From NCBI RefSeq assembly GCF_018128925.1, contig NZ_CP067007.1, positions 598,164 to 630,163 on the forward strand: a stretch of DNA of 32,000 nucleotides, read 5' to 3'. Within the stretch, counting starts at the first letter, position 1, and each line of letters opens with the position of its first letter. The stretch is from Nitrosopumilus sp. K4. GTDB lineage: Archaea > Thermoproteota > Nitrososphaeria > Nitrososphaerales > Nitrosopumilaceae. Below, piece after piece: positions 16,536 through 25,659 of this stretch. Made by a program: the position numbers and the translations under genes. The notes under the pieces are model-generated. The model worked only from the letters and a program-made list of their open reading frames with translations, was not told the origin of the DNA and ran no database searches.

Positions 16536-16716
16536 TTATCAGTTTATCCAGAATTACCATGCCTGTTTTGAGTCTCTCTTTATTCGTATTTTTATTGTCT
16601 AATTTCCCCTTCATGATCATCTTCTCATTGTTGAGAAAGTTGTATAATGTGACTTCTTTTCCCATCTGCAAATCCAAAAAGAACTTTACATAGTCTTTTT
16701 CTGTTGCAATTCCCAT
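16483..16716 (-). CDS. Hypothetical protein upstream of the wHTH gene
   Basis: 77-aa ORF with an ATG start. It overlaps the next gene by 11-53 nt depending on which start that gene uses. Confidence 0.4.
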   Translation of the reverse strand: MGIATEKDYVKFFLDLQMGKEVTLYNFLNNEKMIMKGKLDNKNTNKERLKTGMVILDKLISEINEIGEKEVIEKYGR

Positions 16717-16808
16717 GTTTCTTTACTTTGTTGCTAGTATTTGATTTATCAGGAATTTGACGATTTTTTCATTACTATTTTTAAATAAACTTGATTACTT
16801 TACTAAGC

Positions 16809-16988
16809 ATGGTTGAGATATGGGTTTTGCACACAGCATTCATGGCTGTGTTTTTTGGCCTTCCTCTTGCAATGGGATTATTTCAGTACAAAAAATGGAG
16901 ACAAAACAATGATGATTCATTGTTGAGAAAAATCAAGAAGGATCTTGGAATGAACTTCTAAGTTTATTTAGAAATCATGTATTATGAT
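16809..16988 (+). CDS. Possible small membrane protein (59 aa, below the track cutoff)
   Basis: My own translation: MVEIWVLHTAFMAVFFGLPLAMGLFQYKKWRQNNDDSFVEKNQEGSWNELLSLFRNHVL. One TM helix followed by KKWR. It overlaps the next ORF start by 12 nt. Confidence 0.3.
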
Positions 16989-17243
16989 TGTGTGGATTCA
17001 TGTGATAGAAGAGTTAGGGCATACAAAAACGGTAAAACATTTGATCAGTGTCGGGATATTGCTGAATCTATGAATCCTGATTTTAAAAAACAAATTGAGA
17101 AAAATGGCAAGGTGTTATGGTCTGAAATACTTGAGCAAGTAGATCATGATGAATTAATTTACAAATTAACCCTAAAATTCCTACGTAGAGACGGTTATGA
17201 TATAGGAAATCACAAAATACCTGAAGTTAAAAAATTCAACTAG
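16977..17243 (+). CDS. Hypothetical protein
   Basis: 88-aa ORF with an ATG start. No motif recognised. Confidence 0.4.
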   Translation: MYYDCVDSCDRRVRAYKNGKTFDQCRDIAESMNPDFKKQIEKNGKVLWSEILEQVDHDELIYKLTLKFLRRDGYDIGNHKIPEVKKFN

Positions 17244-18063
17244 GGTTTATTTTACAACTTCCATCTGCATTTCTTAATTTTTTAGCCATGATAAATGGTG
17301 TTGCAAGAAGTATTGGTATGGATATTGCGATGAATAATGTCTGTAGTTGAACCAGTGTGCTGGCCAGTGCGATTCCGCTTGCAGTGCCTATGAAGATTGA
17401 CAAAAATGTTCCTGCACATGTTGGACATGCAATAAACAGACCTGTGGCTGCCCCTACTGAACTCATTCCTCTGCCTCCTCTTGAAATTGTATATGCACTA
17501 ACTGCGATTGCTGCATTTAGTCCAACAAGATATGATACCACTACCTGTAACATCAGGTTTATTGGAATGATTTGCAGCCCTACGTGTTCTGTTAGGTATA
17601 CGATAATCTTTGGCATGTATCCTGGAGCGTCACAACAAGGAGAGATGAATCCTGATGGGATTTCTGCCCCGTAATGTTCTACAAAATTTACTTCAGGCTG
17701 ATACACCAAAGTGCCAGATGCCAGTGAGAAAAATACCCCGTATACCACAAACGTTACAAGAAAAACCCTTCGTGACTTTGCGTTCCAGGTTGTTATTGCA
17801 ATTATTGTAAACAAGTCCTTTTTGTTTTGTTCTATCTTGTGTTTGTGAAACAGGTAAACTCCATAAGCTATTGCCCCTATGCCTGCCAGCATAATTATAT
17901 AAAATCCATTGGCTAATCGTAATATGGAATCCATTGCATCAGGCGTTAACAGTTCTGGATCCTGATACCTAGAGTACATCATGAATAGTATTGCAATGGA
18001 CACAAATCCTAGAATGATTAGTTTTTTACCGTTTTGACCTTTTTTTGTTATTTGGTCAGTCAT
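17236..18063 (-). CDS. Polytopic membrane protein with conserved Cys motifs
   Basis: 275 aa with about 6 hydrophobic helices and the Cys clusters SPCCDAPGY and ACPTCAGTF. Family not recognised. Confidence 0.65.
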   Translation of the reverse strand: MTDQITKKGQNGKKLIILGFVSIAILFMMYSRYQDPELLTPDAMDSILRLANGFYIIMLAGIGAIAYGVYLFHKHKIEQNKKDLFTIIAITTWNAKSRRVFLVTFVVYGVFFSLASGTLVYQPEVNFVEHYGAEIPSGFISPCCDAPGYMPKIIVYLTEHVGLQIIPINLMLQVVVSYLVGLNAAIAVSAYTISRGGRGMSSVGAATGLFIACPTCAGTFLSIFIGTASGIALASTLVQLQTLFIAISIPILLATPFIMAKKLRNADGSCKINPS

Positions 18064-18115
18064 GAATCTGGTTTATTTCAGATAGATTAAATTCTATTCT
18101 TATTTTGAACCTGTG

Positions 18116-19930
18116 TCAACTCAATTTAGGAATGAAAATGTACAAAATTGCAATGATCTCCAGTCTTCCAAATATCATTAGAAAACTAAGGACTACTTTT
18201 GTTGCTGGATCAGTATCGATGTCAATCACACCTGCAGATAGTCCTCCTGTTGTAATCACCCCAACTGATTCAAAAAATGCGTTTTCATAAGATACATCTT
18301 CTAAGATTGATAGGTGGACTGCAGTTATTGATGCGATGATTGGAAATAACATTACCACGATTAATGTTGATGTGATCTCTTTTCTTGTATGTGGTTGCAA
18401 CTTTGCCCTTTTTACTTTGTTGATGAAATTTCTGATGTCACGTAGTTGCATTAATCTAAAGATCTTGATTCCTCCCGCAGTTGAAAATCCACATCCTCCA
18501 ATAAACATCAAAATAATCAATATTGTGTGAGCTGCTGAATTCAATCCTCCTAAACTCTCTTCTTGTAGTCCTGCAGTTGTACTAGCTGAAATCGAATAAA
18601 ATGAACTTTGTAAAGGATCTAATCCACTAAGCCACATGAACAGTAACGTTGCACTAGTCAAAATTGCAAAGTATGTTAGAACTTCTTTTCCTAATTTTGG
18701 GGCAAGGAATTTCTTTCTGACAAATGCATAGTGGAAAGTAAATGGCAATGCACCCAAAATCATTCCGGCCATTAGGATGACTTGTTCTTGCCATATCAAA
18801 TCCTCTAGGATTGTTGAAGTAGGAAGAAACCCTCCTGTCGCTAAAGTGCTCATGGCCAATGCAAAATTATCTATTAGATTTCTTTCCCCGAAGAAAAACA
18901 GCAAAAATGCCACAATCACAATGTAGACTGAAAAGATAATCGTGATTGTTCCAAATAACTCTCTCATGTGAAGCGTCCTTCCAGAGATAAATCCACGCAT
19001 TGATTGAAGTTTTGACTCTGGATAGAATGCTGTAATTACCAAATAGATGAAACTCATTCCTCCTACCAGTTGTGTGAAACTTCGAAAGAATGTGAAACTT
19101 TGAGGTAGGTCTTCTGGCGTATCAAACAATGAAATCCCTCCTGTTGTAAAGCCTGCAGCACTTGAAAAAAATGCATTTGCAAACGCCTCAGGAGTAGTAG
19201 AATCTGCTGGCAATACGTAAAGATATGGAACTGTTCCAAACAATGAAAGCAAAAACAGACTCGAAAATACTAGAATCGATGCTTGTTGTAAATTCAGACT
19301 AGCTTTTTCACCATAAGAATTTAGAAAAAATCCTGTGACCAATAATAAAACGGTAGTAAGGTAAATCCCTGTTGCAACAACTGTTTCTTCTAATATTGTT
19401 GACAGTATTGCTGGCACAAGTAAAAGAACCCCTGCAAATTGCAATACGAACCCTAGATTTCCCAAAACAGCTTTTACAGGCGGACTGAGAAGTCTTGACG
19501 GAGTAGCTGTGGCATCCCTGATGGCATCTGCAATTGCACCTTGAAAAATCATCCCAATAACTTCGTTTTTTTTGGAAAGGACTGGTAACTTTCTAATGCT
19601 GTTGTCTCTCATTTTGTGAAGAGCTTCTTGCAAAGTTGCCTTTTCACCAATTGTGATTAAAGGAGTACTCATAATGTCTTTTAGAGTGGTTGCCTCCGCA
19701 TACACTGTAACATCACTGACTTTGCTGAGGATGTCCTCATCTGTCACAATTCCAACTGGGTTCTTTTCATTGTCTGTTACAATGATGTCGTCTGTCTGGT
19801 AATGTTGAAGCATTCTTGCAGCTTCTCTTGTCAGTGTATTTTGATCTAGTACCAGTGGATCGCTATCCATGTATGTCGTGACAGACTTTGTCAAAACATA
19901 CGACACTGATCGTTCTGGATTTGTAGACAT
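18116..19930 (-). CDS. trkH: Trk/Ktr-family cation (K+) transporter with N-terminal CBS pair
   Basis: 604 aa. The N-terminal ~140 aa have two CBS-like units (VTDNEKNPVGIVTDEDIL and VLSKKNEVIGMIFQGAIADAI). Four pore-loop glycine motifs are present: TTGGISLF, ATGGFLPT, STAGGIKIFR and TTGGLSAG. Confidence 0.85.
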   Translation of the reverse strand: MSTNPERSVSYVLTKSVTTYMDSDPLVLDQNTLTREAARMLQHYQTDDIIVTDNEKNPVGIVTDEDILSKVSDVTVYAEATTLKDIMSTPLITIGEKATLQEALHKMRDNSIRKLPVLSKKNEVIGMIFQGAIADAIRDATATPSRLLSPPVKAVLGNLGFVLQFAGVLLLVPAILSTILEETVVATGIYLTTVLLLVTGFFLNSYGEKASLNLQQASILVFSSLFLLSLFGTVPYLYVLPADSTTPEAFANAFFSSAAGFTTGGISLFDTPEDLPQSFTFFRSFTQLVGGMSFIYLVITAFYPESKLQSMRGFISGRTLHMRELFGTITIIFSVYIVIVAFLLFFFGERNLIDNFALAMSTLATGGFLPTSTILEDLIWQEQVILMAGMILGALPFTFHYAFVRKKFLAPKLGKEVLTYFAILTSATLLFMWLSGLDPLQSSFYSISASTTAGLQEESLGGLNSAAHTILIILMFIGGCGFSTAGGIKIFRLMQLRDIRNFINKVKRAKLQPHTRKEITSTLIVVMLFPIIASITAVHLSILEDVSYENAFFESVGVITTGGLSAGVIDIDTDPATKVVLSFLMIFGRLEIIAILYIFIPKLS

Positions 19931-20069
19931 TAAGCTATCCTTTATTGCGGATTTTAAATAATTTCGGGTTACGCACTAGTGCAAACATTATAAAAAAATT
20001 AACACAACTTTAACCAAATTTCTTTAGTATCTTTATAAGCCCTAAATTACTACTTTATGCGTAGAAATT

Positions 20070-20495
20070 ATGGAAATTGATCAAGAACAAGAACCTGATT
20101 ACGAGTCAGTAAAGATCGATTATGTGGGGTTTGTAGATCCGTATGCAGTCGAAGGGATGGTTGTTCTAAAGTCTGCAGATGGCAAGGAATTTCATATGAG
20201 GGCCTTTTCTGGCGAAGTTGCCAGACACATTTCCAGTTTTAGTGAAAGTTCTGCAGATTCTGTTCCTTCTATTTACAAGATGATCGAGGAAATTTGCGAG
20301 GAAAATGAACTAGTGCTAGTCAAGGTCAAAATCTATGAGAGTGGCGAGGTTTTACGTGCAAATCTGTATTTTACAGGGAAAAAAGACATGGTTTTGAGAA
20401 ATTACCGAGCTTCAGATGCAATGGCGTTGGGCGCCTTTTACAACATTCCTATTTTGGTTAGAAAGAATCTGCTCAAAGAAAGCATGGAAGCATAA
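20070..20495 (+). CDS. Bifunctional nuclease (BFN/DUF151) domain protein
   Basis: 141 aa. SGEVARHI, VPSIYKMI and NYRASDAMALGAFYNIPILVRKNLL match the DUF151 layout (G.EA..I / RP.TyDl / RPSDAiALA...PI.V). Confidence 0.7.
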   Translation: MEIDQEQEPDYESVKIDYVGFVDPYAVEGMVVLKSADGKEFHMRAFSGEVARHISSFSESSADSVPSIYKMIEEICEENELVLVKVKIYESGEVLRANLYFTGKKDMVLRNYRASDAMALGAFYNIPILVRKNLLKESMEA

Positions 20496-20533
20496 TCCGA
20501 ATGGTTTTATTCGTAGTATCTTTGTGAGATTGT

Positions 20534-20746
20534 ATGAACGAACAAGAACAACTGATGGATAATCTGCTAAATGTGGATCTTGAAATCATTGATACCGTAA
20601 GAGAACTGCAACATGAAAACTGGGAATCTGGATCATTAAAACAGCAGGTTGGAGAATTACTCAAAGTTCGAGATGATATGGTTGAAAAATTAATGTCATC
20701 TAATGGCCATGAACATCAATGCGATTGTGGACATGACCATCAATAA
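20534..20746 (+). CDS. Small helical protein with His/Cys-rich C-terminus
   Basis: 70 aa ending in NGHEHQCDCGHDHQ, a probable metal-binding tail. Confidence 0.45.
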   Translation: MNEQEQLMDNLLNVDLEIIDTVRELQHENWESGSLKQQVGELLKVRDDMVEKLMSSNGHEHQCDCGHDHQ

Positions 20747-20749
20747 TTT

Positions 20750-20962
20750 CTAATCGCTGATTTGTCTATCCAATTCTTCAAAAAAATCCTCGGGAAACAT
20801 TTTTCTTATTTTCTCAATTTCTACTTTGTATTTTTCCAAAAGTTCTCTATTTTTTTGTGAATCCTGTTGGTTTGATATTTCTGATTCTAACTCTGTAATT
20901 TTTTTTAAAAGAGTCTTATACATGATTGCATATTCTGGAAATTTTTTTGGCAGCTTCCCCAT
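20750..20962 (-). CDS. Hypothetical small helical protein
   Basis: 70-aa ORF with an ATG start. The overlapping plus-strand ORF 20826-21062 looks like a low-complexity shadow. Confidence 0.4.
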   Translation of the reverse strand: MGKLPKKFPEYAIMYKTLLKKITELESEISNQQDSQKNRELLEKYKVEIEKIRKMFPEDFFEELDRQISD

Positions 20963-20997
20963 GAATAGATTAAATATTTGCCATGATAATATGATTT

Positions 20998-21390
20998 ATG
21001 AAGATAGCTATTTTTCTAGTATTTTTTTTGGCAGGTATTGGACCTGCATTTGCAGAGTCTGACGTTGTGGCTAGTATATCTGACTCTGATTCAACTTTGT
21101 ATGTTGACAGACAAATCATGATCACTGCAGATGTAAAAAATGGCCAAGATGTTGTACAACCCTTTGCTTATTTGACTCAGGTAAAAAATGACGAACAGGT
21201 TGTGATTTCTTTGTCTTGGTTGACTGGCTCTTTATCTCCTAGGCAATCTTTTTCACCCGCACAGTCTTGGACTCCTACAGAACCTGGGACATATACTATT
21301 GAGGTATTTGTTTGGGAAAGTATTGACAATCCCGAAGCGTTATCCTCTCCACTATCCATGACAGTTACTGTAGTACATGAAACTGCATAA
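20998..21390 (+). CDS. Secreted protein (Ig-like/beta-sandwich suspected)
   Basis: 130 aa. Signal peptide MKIAIFLVFFLAGIGPAFA, and a beta-rich mature part ending in TYTIEVFVWES. Confidence 0.6.
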   Translation: MKIAIFLVFFLAGIGPAFAESDVVASISDSDSTLYVDRQIMITADVKNGQDVVQPFAYLTQVKNDEQVVISLSWLTGSLSPRQSFSPAQSWTPTEPGTYTIEVFVWESIDNPEALSSPLSMTVTVVHETA

Positions 21391-21553
21391 TGGTTTGAAA
21401 ATTTATTTTTGCTTCATAATTCGGCAAACTCATCATGTTTCAGATATAGCTATTGATTAATCATCAGCAATTTTTTGTCTGATTTATGTGATATATTGAT
21501 TTTACAATCTTTTGCCAAGTAATCTATTTTCCCCAGTGGTTTGTAGTTATGGT

Positions 21554-21796
21554 ATGGCAAAAATTGAGAAGTTATACCAAAATGTTGCAATGCAAGTTAT
21601 TCGAAGGTGCCATGGTAGTATTCAGCTAAAAAAGCGTGGAAATGTTATTGAAGTTTATGATGTGAAGCGACATTTTTGGAGCAAAGGACTGGCAGGGCTG
21701 ATAATCAAAGAAGAGTGCAAACTTGCCAACCTAAAGGATTGGGAAATAGCACGCGTCAGGGCATTTATCATTGATGAATTAAAATCTAATAAGTGA
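21554..21796 (+). CDS. Hypothetical protein
   Basis: The track ORF starts with TTG at 21512; the first ATG is at 21554 (MAKIEKLYQ...). No motif recognised. Confidence 0.4.
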   Translation: MAKIEKLYQNVAMQVIRRCHGSIQLKKRGNVIEVYDVKRHFWSKGLAGLIIKEECKLANLKDWEIARVRAFIIDELKSNK

Positions 21797-22124
21797 CTTT
21801 TCTGATCAAATGTGGTTCTTTTAGCATAATCTGATTGTCTCTTACGCCCTCGAGTTCTACTTGTTTGAGATTTTGGTTTGTTATTACAATCAATGCCTCA
21901 CATCTAGAACAAAAGATGGTTTTTCCATCTGATCTTCTCTCATACACGACCTCTTTTTCTAGTCTGTCCTCTTTTTGGCAAGTTGGACATAGTTTTGGTT
22001 CTTTTTCTGCCAGTATGATTTCACGAATGAAGATATTTCTTGGCATGTTCATCAGTTCAAAATCTAACAATAAAGAGTTTGTATTGTTGTTAATTGGCAT
22101 CAGCAATTCCATTTTGAATGTCAA
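21786..22124 (-). CDS. Zinc-ribbon protein
   Basis: 112 aa with CPTCQ-x22-CSRCE (two CxxC pairs). Confidence 0.5.
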   Translation of the reverse strand: MTFKMELLMPINNNTNSLLLDFELMNMPRNIFIREIILAEKEPKLCPTCQKEDRLEKEVVYERRSDGKTIFCSRCEALIVITNQNLKQVELEGVRDNQIMLKEPHLIRKVTY

Positions 22125-22227
22125 ACCGTTTAATCATTCAAAATTAGAACGAATGGTATTCAGTATATTCCCAATCTAACCAATTAACAAATTCTATTGC
22201 TGTGAATTAATAAAATATGTTTTTTGA

Positions 22228-23319
22228 TCAAGTGACGATTTCGTCTAGTCTGCCTTCTTCTTCTGCACGTCTAATCTCCATGGCTATTCTTCTTCCCACT
22301 CCAAATGTTTGACCATACTGGTATTTTGTATATGGGCTAGTGGTGGCAACAATTGGGTTTCCTGGAACCCTTAAAGAGACATCATACACTACTAATTCTA
22401 AATCTTTTGTGATTACGCTTTGAAGTGAAAATGGACCTATGATTCCAGGTGCATATTCTTTTTTAACAGCTGCAACGAACTTGTCGCCCATTTTGAAGAC
22501 TTTTTCCAAAAGAGATTCTCTGATGCTTGCAGGAGTGTGTCCTACCTCGATATTTTGCAAGTCAATATCAATATCTAATTGCTGTCTTGCTGGAAGCGCA
22601 TTGTAATCATGAACATTGGTTTGTAATCTTCTTTCTATTCCTATGAAATCCACATGATCTGAAATTGGAGTGTGAAAGAAGTTGAAATTCATGTATGTTC
22701 CAATTGCAAGTTCTTCTATGCTTGCTTTTTCAAGGTCTTTTCTGGCAATGAGGCCTTGTTTGATTTTAGCTTCTGCTTTTTCTTTATAGTCTTTGTATGA
22801 TGAAACTGTGAAAAATGCCCTCTCTAATGGCCTATTTTTTTCTTGAACTTTAACAATGCATGGTTTATTGATACTTTTTGGATCTTTGAATAATTTTGGA
22901 TATTTTATTCTGGCTTTTTCAAGAAGATAATATTGATTACGCTTTGCAGTTCTTTCTTCGGCTTGGAAAAGTTTTCTATTGCCAAATATTGGAACCTTAA
23001 ATGAATTCTCAAGTGCCTTGTATCCTAGATAGACTGTAAGTGATCTGTGTGGAACAACAATCGTATCTGAATCTCGGAGTTGTTTTTGTACTTTGGCCGA
23101 TGCCAGGTCTTTGAATTTGTTTAATACTACAATTTCATCAGCGATTCTTCCAAATCTCTGATATGGACCTTCTCTACCTTTCTGACAAAACACTGCAGTC
23201 TGAAAGTTTTCTTCTTTTGCACCGTCCATCACTTCAAGTGCTGAGTGGCTTCCTAGAACACCTATGCGCACATCAGTGTAATTGCCAACAATTTTTTTGA
23301 TTTCAGAATGTTTTATCAC
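22228..23319 (-). CDS. purP: 5-formaminoimidazole-4-carboxamide ribonucleotide (FAICAR) synthetase, archaeal PurP
   Basis: 363 aa. IGVLGSHSALEVMDGAKEE, VVPHRSLTVYLG, VPIFGNRKL, IRESLLEKVFKMGDKFV and GIIGPFSLQS closely follow the PurP (ATP-grasp) pattern as remembered from methanogen PurP. Confidence 0.85.
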   Translation of the reverse strand: MIKHSEIKKIVGNYTDVRIGVLGSHSALEVMDGAKEENFQTAVFCQKGREGPYQRFGRIADEIVVLNKFKDLASAKVQKQLRDSDTIVVPHRSLTVYLGYKALENSFKVPIFGNRKLFQAEERTAKRNQYYLLEKARIKYPKLFKDPKSINKPCIVKVQEKNRPLERAFFTVSSYKDYKEKAEAKIKQGLIARKDLEKASIEELAIGTYMNFNFFHTPISDHVDFIGIERRLQTNVHDYNALPARQQLDIDIDLQNIEVGHTPASIRESLLEKVFKMGDKFVAAVKKEYAPGIIGPFSLQSVITKDLELVVYDVSLRVPGNPIVATTSPYTKYQYGQTFGVGRRIAMEIRRAEEEGRLDEIVT

Positions 23320-23440
23320 ACAATGGCTAGAAATTAGGATCTAATATAGCTAATTTTCAAAAAACTGGATCGCCATTAATCCAAAGATTTTTCTCAAAAG
23401 GATTCCGATTATGTATGTGCTGTATTATTTTGAACTGCAG

Positions 23441-23557
23441 ATGGCTGGAGTTATTTTGTTGACTGCAATGGCAGTTGGCGGATTTACATTGTGGTTGAAA
23501 AGAAGAAAAGAACGTCAGGATATTGAGAAAGCACAAAATGATGAATCTGGAATCTAA
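23441..23557 (+). CDS. Possible small single-TM protein (38 aa; 48 aa from ATG 23411)
   Basis: My own translation: MAGVILLTAMAVGGFTLWLKRRKERQDIEKAQNDESGI. A TM helix plus a positive-inside KRRK. Not in the track because it is under 60 aa. Confidence 0.3.
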   Translation: MAGVILLTAMAVGGFTLWLKRRKERQDIEKAQNDESGI

Positions 23558-23618
23558 CTGGTGCCAAAACTGATTTTTTTGTCCAATAGATAAAATACTA
23601 TGAAATTTCATAATCTCT

Positions 23619-24176
23619 ATGCGACTAATCATTGGAATTACTGGAAGCACTGGTGTCTTATACGGAATACGAATGCTTGAGGTCTTAAAGAAACTTGGCA
23701 TTGAAACGCATCTTGTGATGTCTGAATGGGCAGAAAAATGCATTGGGATGGAAACTGACTATGATCTTGACAGTGTGAAATCTCTTGCAACAAGCGTCTC
23801 TGATGAAAAAAATATGGCATCTAGTATTTCAAGTGGAACTCATAAAATTGATGGTATGGTTGTTGCTCCCTGTAGCATGAAGACTCTTTCAGCAATTGCC
23901 AATGGTTATGATGACACTCTAGTTGCCAGAGCAGCTGGCGTCACAATAAAAGAATCAAGAAAATTAATTTTGATGGTGCGTGAAACTCCTCTGTCTGCGA
24001 TTCATCTTGAAAATATGTTGAAACTTTCTAGACTTGGTGTGGTGATATTGCCTCCTGTTACAGAGTTTTACACAAAACCAAAAACCATTGACGATATAGT
24101 AAACCATGGAGTGGGAAAATGTCTTGATCAGTTTGATTTGGAGCACAATTTATACCCGCGATGGGGTTCTTCCTAA
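23619..24176 (+). CDS. ubiX: Flavin prenyltransferase UbiX
   Basis: 185 aa. MRLIIGITGSTGVLYG, VAPCSMKTLSAIANG and LILMVRETPL are typical of UbiX/Pad1. Confidence 0.9.
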   Translation: MRLIIGITGSTGVLYGIRMLEVLKKLGIETHLVMSEWAEKCIGMETDYDLDSVKSLATSVSDEKNMASSISSGTHKIDGMVVAPCSMKTLSAIANGYDDTLVARAAGVTIKESRKLILMVRETPLSAIHLENMLKLSRLGVVILPPVTEFYTKPKTIDDIVNHGVGKCLDQFDLEHNLYPRWGSS

Positions 24177-24179
24177 TCA

Positions 24180-24608
24180 TTGCCAAAGTTTAGTTTTGAA
24201 AAGTTTCTAAATTCTCAACAAAACAAAGTCTTTGATATTGCAACTGATTTTAAGAATTATCAAACAAACTTTCCAAACACCTTTCCTTCTGTGAGGGTGT
24301 TATCTACAAGAAATAATGTATCTGTGGTTGAAGAACATATGATGCTTGGAGAAAAAGAACTTGTCATGATGACCAAGCATGTGGTTAACAAACCAGACAC
24401 TCATGACATTTTTGTAATTGGTGGTGATGCAAAGGGAACTCATATTTTAGAAACCTTTGAGGCGTTTGAAAATGGCACAAAAATGAAGATTTTAGTTGAT
24501 TTTAAACTAAAAGGAACTATGAAAATTTCAAACTTGCTGAATAAGAAAACAATTGAAAATGACTATTCTAAGATTGTAGATGAGTTTGTCAGAGTAGTGG
24601 AAATCTAA
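24180..24608 (+). CDS. SRPBCC (START/cyclase-dehydrase-like) family protein
   Basis: 142 aa with a TTG start. Size and the pattern (VFDIATDFKNYQTNFPN...) are consistent with the SRPBCC fold. Moderate call. Confidence 0.5.
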   Translation: MPKFSFEKFLNSQQNKVFDIATDFKNYQTNFPNTFPSVRVLSTRNNVSVVEEHMMLGEKELVMMTKHVVNKPDTHDIFVIGGDAKGTHILETFEAFENGTKMKILVDFKLKGTMKISNLLNKKTIENDYSKIVDEFVRVVEI

Positions 24609-24811
24609 TCTGATTTTGCTTCTTTATCCTTAAAGTCTTTGAGCTCTTTTTCCCCTTCTATTTTTCCTTTCTCGAACTCTCCTTTTGCTTTTCCAAATGT
24701 CTTTGCTAGCTCTGGAATCTTTTTGGCACCAAAAATGAACACTACTGCAATAATTATGATAAATATCCATTCTTGCCCTGCGATGAAATTTGCAATGTTA
24801 ATTCCAAACAT
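24605..24811 (-). CDS. tatA: Twin-arginine translocase subunit TatA/E
   Basis: 68 aa. A TM helix followed by the amphipathic FGAKKIPELAKTFGKAKGEFEKG. Confidence 0.85.
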   Translation of the reverse strand: MFGINIANFIAGQEWIFIIIIAVVFIFGAKKIPELAKTFGKAKGEFEKGKIEGEKELKDFKDKEAKSD

Positions 24812-24838
24812 TATGTTCTCTATTTGCTGATTTTAGAT

Positions 24839-25630
24839 TTAAGTGTTCAACTTTTTGCGCTCTTTACGCTCTATAATGATCATGCCTGCTACATACAGTG
24901 CAATCATGGGACCTCCGATAAACCACATTGTAACTCCGCTACCGTCAGGAGTTATGACTGCCCCAAAAATTACAATTGCAATTATCGCGTACCTGATGTT
25001 TTTTCTCCAAAAATCTGAATCTACCATCCCTGATGCTGAAATGGCATACATCACAAGTGGAAGCTGAAATGACAAACCAAATGCCAGCAGAAATTGTAGT
25101 ACAAACGTTACAAAATCTACGACATTTAGAAAAGTGACCAGTCCTGCAGATTCACCATACCTGTAAAGAAATTCCAAAATGTATGGAATTACAAGATTAT
25201 ATGAAAATACACATCCTGCAATGAATAGTCCTAATGCGGGAATTGATATTGTTCTGCTAACGTTGACTTCGTTTTCTTTTAATGCTGGCTTGATAAAGCC
25301 TACACCTTCTTTTATGATCATTGGCATACCTACGACAATCCCAACAAGTGCTGCAATGTATACTTGGGAAAAGAATGCTTGTCCTGGCGCCGTTTGAATT
25401 AACTGTACATCTTCTGGTACTAAATTGGCTTTCATATGGTTTGTAATTTGTGCTGCAATGTTGTTCAGTGGTTCAGGGGTTGGATAATACAGCTGTATTC
25501 CATTAAACTCAACTGTTTCGGCATGAAATGTTAAAAGAAATACTGTAACAATGCCGATTACTAAAACAACTCGTAAAATTCTCTTTCGTAATTCATCAAG
25601 GTGTAAGTTGATTTCTTGAATCTCTGACAT
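24839..25630 (-). CDS. tatC: Twin-arginine translocase subunit TatC
   Basis: 263 aa. HLDELRKRILRVV at the N-terminus and six hydrophobic helices, immediately upstream of tatA. Confidence 0.9.
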   Translation of the reverse strand: MSEIQEINLHLDELRKRILRVVLVIGIVTVFLLTFHAETVEFNGIQLYYPTPEPLNNIAAQITNHMKANLVPEDVQLIQTAPGQAFFSQVYIAALVGIVVGMPMIIKEGVGFIKPALKENEVNVSRTISIPALGLFIAGCVFSYNLVIPYILEFLYRYGESAGLVTFLNVVDFVTFVLQFLLAFGLSFQLPLVMYAISASGMVDSDFWRKNIRYAIIAIVIFGAVITPDGSGVTMWFIGGPMIALYVAGMIIIERKERKKLNT

Positions 25631-25659
25631 CTGGGATCTATTACCCTAAACTACCTTAT

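Noticed and set aside
23357-23743. 128-aa minus-strand ORF spanning the purP-ubiX gap
   Set aside because: It overlaps the well-supported ubiX start by 125 nt and has an atypical composition (Cys/His/Gln/Phe-rich). The plus strand carries a cleaner small TM ORF in the same gap.
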